64,000 nucleotides of DNA from an uncultured Thermoplasmatales archaeon. Its GTDB lineage: Archaea > Thermoplasmatota > Thermoplasmata > Thermoplasmatales > GCA-001856825. Location of the stretch: positions 3,346 to 67,345 of the forward strand of contig CAYXTM010000007.1 of NCBI GenBank assembly GCA_964468585.1, read 5' to 3'. The notes under the pieces are model-generated. The model ran no database searches. It was not told where the DNA came from and saw only the letters and a program-made list of their open reading frames with translations. Shown here one piece after another: positions 59,524 through 64,000 of this stretch (its first letter is position 1; every line of letters begins with the position of its first letter). A program made the translations under genes and the position numbers.

Positions 59524-60693
59524 ATGAAAAATATAGTCATTGTGGGTGGGAACGCAGGTGGAGGTCTTGTTGCTGCACGTCTGAACAGATTATTAAAGGA
59601 AGAGGATGTGAATATAACTGTTCTGGACAAGAATGGCAGGATTGATTTTATGCCATCTTATACCTATCTTGCATTAGGCGCCAGGACAAGGGACCAGGTT
59701 TCAAAGGACTTTGGAGGCATGGCATCAAAGAAGATAAGGCCTATAAAAGCTGAGGTCACTGATGTTGATCCTTCTAACAGGAAAGTTAGGACAAACATAG
59801 GGGATTTCAATTATGATATACTTGTCCTTTCACCTGGTGCTGCCATAAATGAAGGAGCAACTCCAGGACTAGATAAGGTAGACCACTTCTGGTCAATCGA
59901 CAGGGCCATAAAAATGAAGGAAAATCTATCCAAGTTCAAGAAAGGAAAAATAGTGATATCGGTGGCTTCTATGATATATAGGTGTCCACCGGTACCATGG
60001 GAAATGTCTATGTTGCTCCACGAGTATTTCAAAAATAAGGGGCTAAGGGAAAATATAGAGATAACAGTGGCACATCCTGTCGGAAAGCCATTCGAAATGT
60101 TTGGCCCGCCAATTTCGGGTCCATTGACCAACTGGCTTGATGAGATGAAAATAAATTTTCAACCCAAGTTTATGGTTTCTAAAGTAGACTCAGATAAGAA
60201 AGAGCTCGTTTCAACTTCGGGGGAATCTCTAAAATACGATATGGCCATTATTTCTCCTGTACATGAACCACCTGAATTTGTAAAGAAGAATGATGCTCTA
60301 AAATCCAAAGTTGGATGGGGATCTACTCGGGCCAGAGATTTCAGGACAGAAAAATTTGACGATATCTATGCAATCGGAGATCTCGTAGAACCTACATTGG
60401 GGTTGGGCATGGCTGGAGTATTTGCCCATTTCCAGGCAGATACGGCATCCAGCTTCATTGTGGATGATATAACCGGTTCCAATTTAGCGATACCGTACAA
60501 TTCCGTTGCAGTATGCGCAATGGAAGGCGGATCTTATGGATGGTTTGCTTATTGTGATTTTAAGAAGAAAATGGAGAACCCGAGCATACCATTCCCTGAT
60601 TGTACTTTGACAGGAAGAGGCAGGATTTATAAAATGTTGCATGCAATTTATGAAAGGTATTATTTTGCTGCTATACTTAGGGGGAGGATATAA
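59524..60693 (+). CDS. sqr: sulfide:quinone oxidoreductase-like flavoprotein
   Basis: IVIVGG..GG Rossmann fold, F.PS, YD.LV.SPG, YRCPP.P.E, YAIGD, second Cys in VCAMEGG. Confidence 0.8.
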   Translation: MKNIVIVGGNAGGGLVAARLNRLLKEEDVNITVLDKNGRIDFMPSYTYLALGARTRDQVSKDFGGMASKKIRPIKAEVTDVDPSNRKVRTNIGDFNYDILVLSPGAAINEGATPGLDKVDHFWSIDRAIKMKENLSKFKKGKIVISVASMIYRCPPVPWEMSMLLHEYFKNKGLRENIEITVAHPVGKPFEMFGPPISGPLTNWLDEMKINFQPKFMVSKVDSDKKELVSTSGESLKYDMAIISPVHEPPEFVKKNDALKSKVGWGSTRARDFRTEKFDDIYAIGDLVEPTLGLGMAGVFAHFQADTASSFIVDDITGSNLAIPYNSVAVCAMEGGSYGWFAYCDFKKKMENPSIPFPDCTLTGRGRIYKMLHAIYERYYFAAILRGRI

Positions 60694-61182
60694 ATGGCGA
60701 ACCTTGATGACATCTATAATAAACTTGTAAAAATAGAAGAGGAATTGGAAGAAATTAAACCAACTTTAGAAACTGTGAAAAAATTACAAGAATCTGGCCT
60801 AATAGCAATGATTGACGGGGTAGCCGAAGAATTTGACAACATATTCAATTATGCAAGTAAAATGGAAATTCTAGATATATTGACGATGGCCGTCAGAATT
60901 TTAGAACCACTTACAAAGATGATGAAGAAAGGAGATCTGGATAAGCTGATTGAAATATTCAACAAGGTAGATATATCGAAATTTATCCCTCTTCTTGAAG
61001 CACTCGCCAACTGCAGTGATAAAATGGAAGATGTCTTGAAAGTATCTGCGAAGAGGAAAAAGAAAATGGGCATGATGGAAATGTTAAATACGGTCAGAAG
61101 TCCAGAGATGGCTGCGCTTCTGTCTTTAGGAAAAGAGATGTCTGGTTGCCTGATGGAGAACACCAAGAAGGCAAAAAAATAA
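60694..61182 (+). CDS. DUF1641-like helical protein
   Basis: L..LQESGL, all-helical, C-terminal K..GM..ML....SPE. Starts immediately after the sqr stop. Confidence 0.7.
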   Translation: MANLDDIYNKLVKIEEELEEIKPTLETVKKLQESGLIAMIDGVAEEFDNIFNYASKMEILDILTMAVRILEPLTKMMKKGDLDKLIEIFNKVDISKFIPLLEALANCSDKMEDVLKVSAKRKKKMGMMEMLNTVRSPEMAALLSLGKEMSGCLMENTKKAKK

Positions 61183-61197
61183 TTTTTCTTCAATTTT

Positions 61198-62073
61198 TTA
61201 TTCAAGATCCAGATTGTTGAAACGAGAAATCTTCATAATACTGTTTTTATGTCTTCTTCTTGTTTCTTCCTTCCAATGATTTCTTAGACCTATTAAAAAG
61301 TCAGATTCAGATTCAGAAAATATTACAAAATTATTTATGAGCGTCTCCTTTCCGTCGGATCTACCCCAGTAGATGAATGGCCCAACATTTCTTGCCAAAA
61401 CGTTTCTGAAAAAATCATTGAACCACCTAGAAAAAGCATTAAATTCAATAAGGAATTTCCTTTCCGTTTGCGTCACAATTACGTGCTGAGAACTTCCAAA
61501 TATCTCATTATTGAGAACTACCCCAACTATAGGACTCCATTCGCTGCAGAAAACCTTTGGAGTGAACACCATTTTATTTGATAGGATTCCCATGACACTA
61601 TTCTTAACGTCATTATATGACATCTTCCATTTTGTTTTGATGTGAATGAATTCTGATTGAGGTAAAATTTCATTAACCCAGTTCATTATGTTGTTTTTAT
61701 CTATTTTTTCAAATTTGAGATAGTATGAGTCTTTGGCAGCATTTTCTACCAAATGTGGTAACAAATTTAAGTAAACCCTTGGAATTTCCAGGAAAAGGTA
61801 GAGATTTTTACCCTTGACTAGGGAAAAAGTCAGCAGGATAGACCCTTTCAGAACTAAAAAATTGGAAATAATGTTATCAATTTTTTCAGCCGGATATATT
61901 TTTTTCGTGTATGTTTTTCCATTGAAATCCTTCGACCATCCGTATAGATAAAATTTCCCATTTTCTATTGCGACACTGGCAAGTATGGTATCATCCTTTG
62001 ACGCCGACGAGACAAGGTCATTCGCAGGTATCTCCAGCCTTATGAGGTCAAACATAGGATAGCCTATAATCAA
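61198..62073 (-). CDS. hypothetical protein
   Basis: 291-aa ORF filling the gap; no recognised motif. Confidence 0.6.
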   Translation of the reverse strand: MIIGYPMFDLIRLEIPANDLVSSASKDDTILASVAIENGKFYLYGWSKDFNGKTYTKKIYPAEKIDNIISNFLVLKGSILLTFSLVKGKNLYLFLEIPRVYLNLLPHLVENAAKDSYYLKFEKIDKNNIMNWVNEILPQSEFIHIKTKWKMSYNDVKNSVMGILSNKMVFTPKVFCSEWSPIVGVVLNNEIFGSSQHVIVTQTERKFLIEFNAFSRWFNDFFRNVLARNVGPFIYWGRSDGKETLINNFVIFSESESDFLIGLRNHWKEETRRRHKNSIMKISRFNNLDLE

Positions 62074-62126
62074 TATGCTATTAGGTTAAAATTTTTCTAC
62101 ATTTTTATTACCGAAGTTTTAAATTA

Positions 62127-63236
62127 CTACTTGCTTGATAAGTACAAATCCTTAACATAATCACCTATGGCGGGAGACGCGGTGAGCCCAGGTGACTCGA
62201 TACCGATCAAATTTATGAAATGAGGAAAGCCATTATTGCTCTCTTCTTTAATTATAAAATCTAATTTCTTATAATCTCTAGACTTAATTCTTGGCCTTAT
62301 GCCGGAGTAATCAGGAATCAAGGAATACTTTTCAATTGAAGGAAAAAATTTCCTGACAGATACTGCAAATAAATTGCTATCGGTCTCAACATTATAATCT
62401 ACCTTATTAGTTCTATATGCGTTGGGTCCCAATCTAACTGTTCCTGCCAGATCAGGTGTCATATGTATTCCAAGACCTCCAGATTCAGGCACAGGATAGA
62501 CAAGCTTCTTGACAGGAAATCCCCCCTCAACACGGTAATAATCCCCCTTAATATATTCAATTTCGTAACCCAGGGATTCAATATCAAATCCGGCAGCTGA
62601 AGCTACTTTATGGGCATCCAGTCCAGCAGCATTTATTACAAAATCTGCGAATATATTGAATCGCGAGCCCTGAGACCATCCATTAATTTCATAATAGTCA
62701 ATGTGTTTTTTAATTTCGGTGACTTGGGTTTTAGGGACGATATTGCCGTAATTGCTTAAGCCAATACTCTTGAAATAATTGCATAAACCGTGAACATCTA
62801 TTATTCCAGTAGTAGGGGTGTGTAACGCCATTAAAGCATTTACCCCTGGCTCCAATTTTCTGATCTCTTCATTTTCTAAAAATTGCATTTGTTCAACTCC
62901 ATTCTCCTTTCCGTTTTCATATAATTTTTTAAGGATTTTGATTTCTTCTTCATTTGTTGCAACTGTTAGCTTTCCTAATTGTCTGCATTCTATATTTTGA
63001 TCTCTGCATATTTTATATAGCTGTTTATTGCCTGCAACTGCTAGTTTTGCCTTTAAAGTACCGGGTTGATAATGAATTCCAGAATGAATAACACCGCTGT
63101 TATGGGAAGTAGTTTCAAGACCTAAATTTCTATGTTTCTCAAAAAGATATACATCGTTTTCGATCTCTGTCAATTTTGAGAAGGTCGATAGTCCAATGAC
63201 TCCACCCCCTATTATCACTACTTTTGCTTTAATCAT
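62127..63236 (-). CDS. FAD-dependent oxidoreductase, L-2-hydroxyglutarate oxidase (LhgO)-like
   Basis: IIGGGVIG, TSHNSGVIHSGI.Y.PG.LKA, KGDY, LVYPVP, LGIH.T, GIRP, GIESPGLTAS. Confidence 0.88.
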   Translation of the reverse strand: MIKAKVVIIGGGVIGLSTFSKLTEIENDVYLFEKHRNLGLETTSHNSGVIHSGIHYQPGTLKAKLAVAGNKQLYKICRDQNIECRQLGKLTVATNEEEIKILKKLYENGKENGVEQMQFLENEEIRKLEPGVNALMALHTPTTGIIDVHGLCNYFKSIGLSNYGNIVPKTQVTEIKKHIDYYEINGWSQGSRFNIFADFVINAAGLDAHKVASAAGFDIESLGYEIEYIKGDYYRVEGGFPVKKLVYPVPESGGLGIHMTPDLAGTVRLGPNAYRTNKVDYNVETDSNLFAVSVRKFFPSIEKYSLIPDYSGIRPRIKSRDYKKLDFIIKEESNNGFPHFINLIGIESPGLTASPAIGDYVKDLYLSSK

Positions 63237-63265
63237 GATGACTGCATTGTTAATTCATTATACTA

Positions 63266-63910
63266 TTATATACTCCTTATAAGTACATAAACTGCTGCGA
63301 AATATACTAGGAAAAATGGGACGAGGTAATAATCCTGGATAACGATAAATGATTCTAAGAGCCAGAAAGTACCGAACGAAAGTAACAGTGCAGATACTAC
63401 GACCTTCATGGTGGACTGTTTGACTTTTCTCACCTGTGTTCTAAGTATATAAGCCGCCATTAGTACAACAAGTAGCCCCAGTATTGTTCCAAAGAGGGTC
63501 GAAAAATAATCTATAGGAATGAGTGCTACCAGAACGATGCTGGCCTCAAACGCCTCAACGGCACCAACAGTCAGTCCGGTATAAACTACCCCCTTTGTGA
63601 ACTCTTCCTTAAAATTCTGATTTCCAGATTTTTCCCTTCTATAGGACCTTCTCGCACTCCTTACTAGCCTAACCCCGAAATAGAGTAAAAGAAAAGCAGC
63701 AATCAATCTTATGAGAAGTACTGGAAATTCCCTGAGGTATATCCCTACGATGAAAGCTGCAATCAATACGGGAATAACACCTAGCGAAACATAGAAAAAA
63801 GACTTTGGGCCATATTCTCCATAAAGTGCTAATCCAACCGCAGCTGCCTCGGATATTTCAAGGAGTATAATTCCTAAGGCTGCGAAAAACACTGGTAGAT
63901 CAATAGACAC
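63266..63910 (-). CDS. membrane protein with duplicated ExxE motifs (COG4280 / FTR1-GDT1-like putative metal permease)
   Basis: Internal repeat LLEISEA / AVEAFEA; LLLYFG / LLLSFG; about 6-7 TM. Confidence 0.7.
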   Translation of the reverse strand: MSIDLPVFFAALGIILLEISEAAAVGLALYGEYGPKSFFYVSLGVIPVLIAAFIVGIYLREFPVLLIRLIAAFLLLYFGVRLVRSARRSYRREKSGNQNFKEEFTKGVVYTGLTVGAVEAFEASIVLVALIPIDYFSTLFGTILGLLVVLMAAYILRTQVRKVKQSTMKVVVSALLLSFGTFWLLESFIVIQDYYLVPFFLVYFAAVYVLIRSI

Positions 63911-64000
63911 AGCCCCTTATGCCATGTACATATTAAATTTTAAGCAATTGTATCTAGGCTTAATAAAAATAAACTCTTTTATATTTAAAGTTTATATACT

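Overview
A gene-dense, AT-rich archaeal chromosome segment (MCM, PriS, rpS17e, Alba, archaeosine TGT; GGTGA-type SD sites and many apparently leaderless genes). The gene content suggests an acidophilic Thermoplasmata (Thermoplasmatales-like) organism, which is an inference. From left to right it contains: (1) a folP(partial)-DUF424-mcm operon; (2) a transporter block between convergent tRNA-Gly(TCC) and tRNA-Lys(CTT); (3) sat, divergent from a 10-kb respiratory cluster (heme-copper oxidase I/II, cupredoxin, heme O synthase, two unexplained Cys-motif membrane proteins, CPBP protease, Rieske protein and cytochrome b); (4) a B12/radical SAM enzyme (Grs-like), a K+ channel, metY-metX and cbiZ; (5) a 15-kb Mo/W block (moaB, two moeA, wtpABC, AOR, fdhA with AsrA/AsrB-like subunits, mobA, moeB, moaD, moaA, moaE); (6) an MFS-DUF47 fusion, purSLQ, priS, rps17e, tgtA and alba; (7) an RHH protein-alkaline phosphatase superfamily enzyme-cysC operon; (8) sua5, SQR with a DUF1641 partner, an LhgO-like oxidase and a putative metal permease. 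No CRISPR array, rRNA or intact mobile element was seen. The best candidates for undescribed systems are the RHH(LGY-tail)/AlkP/APS-kinase operon, the formate dehydrogenase built on sulfhydrogenase beta/gamma modules, the MFS-DUF47 fusion, and a possible copper-supply pair inside the oxidase cluster. All family calls come from motif recognition by eye; no database searches were run.
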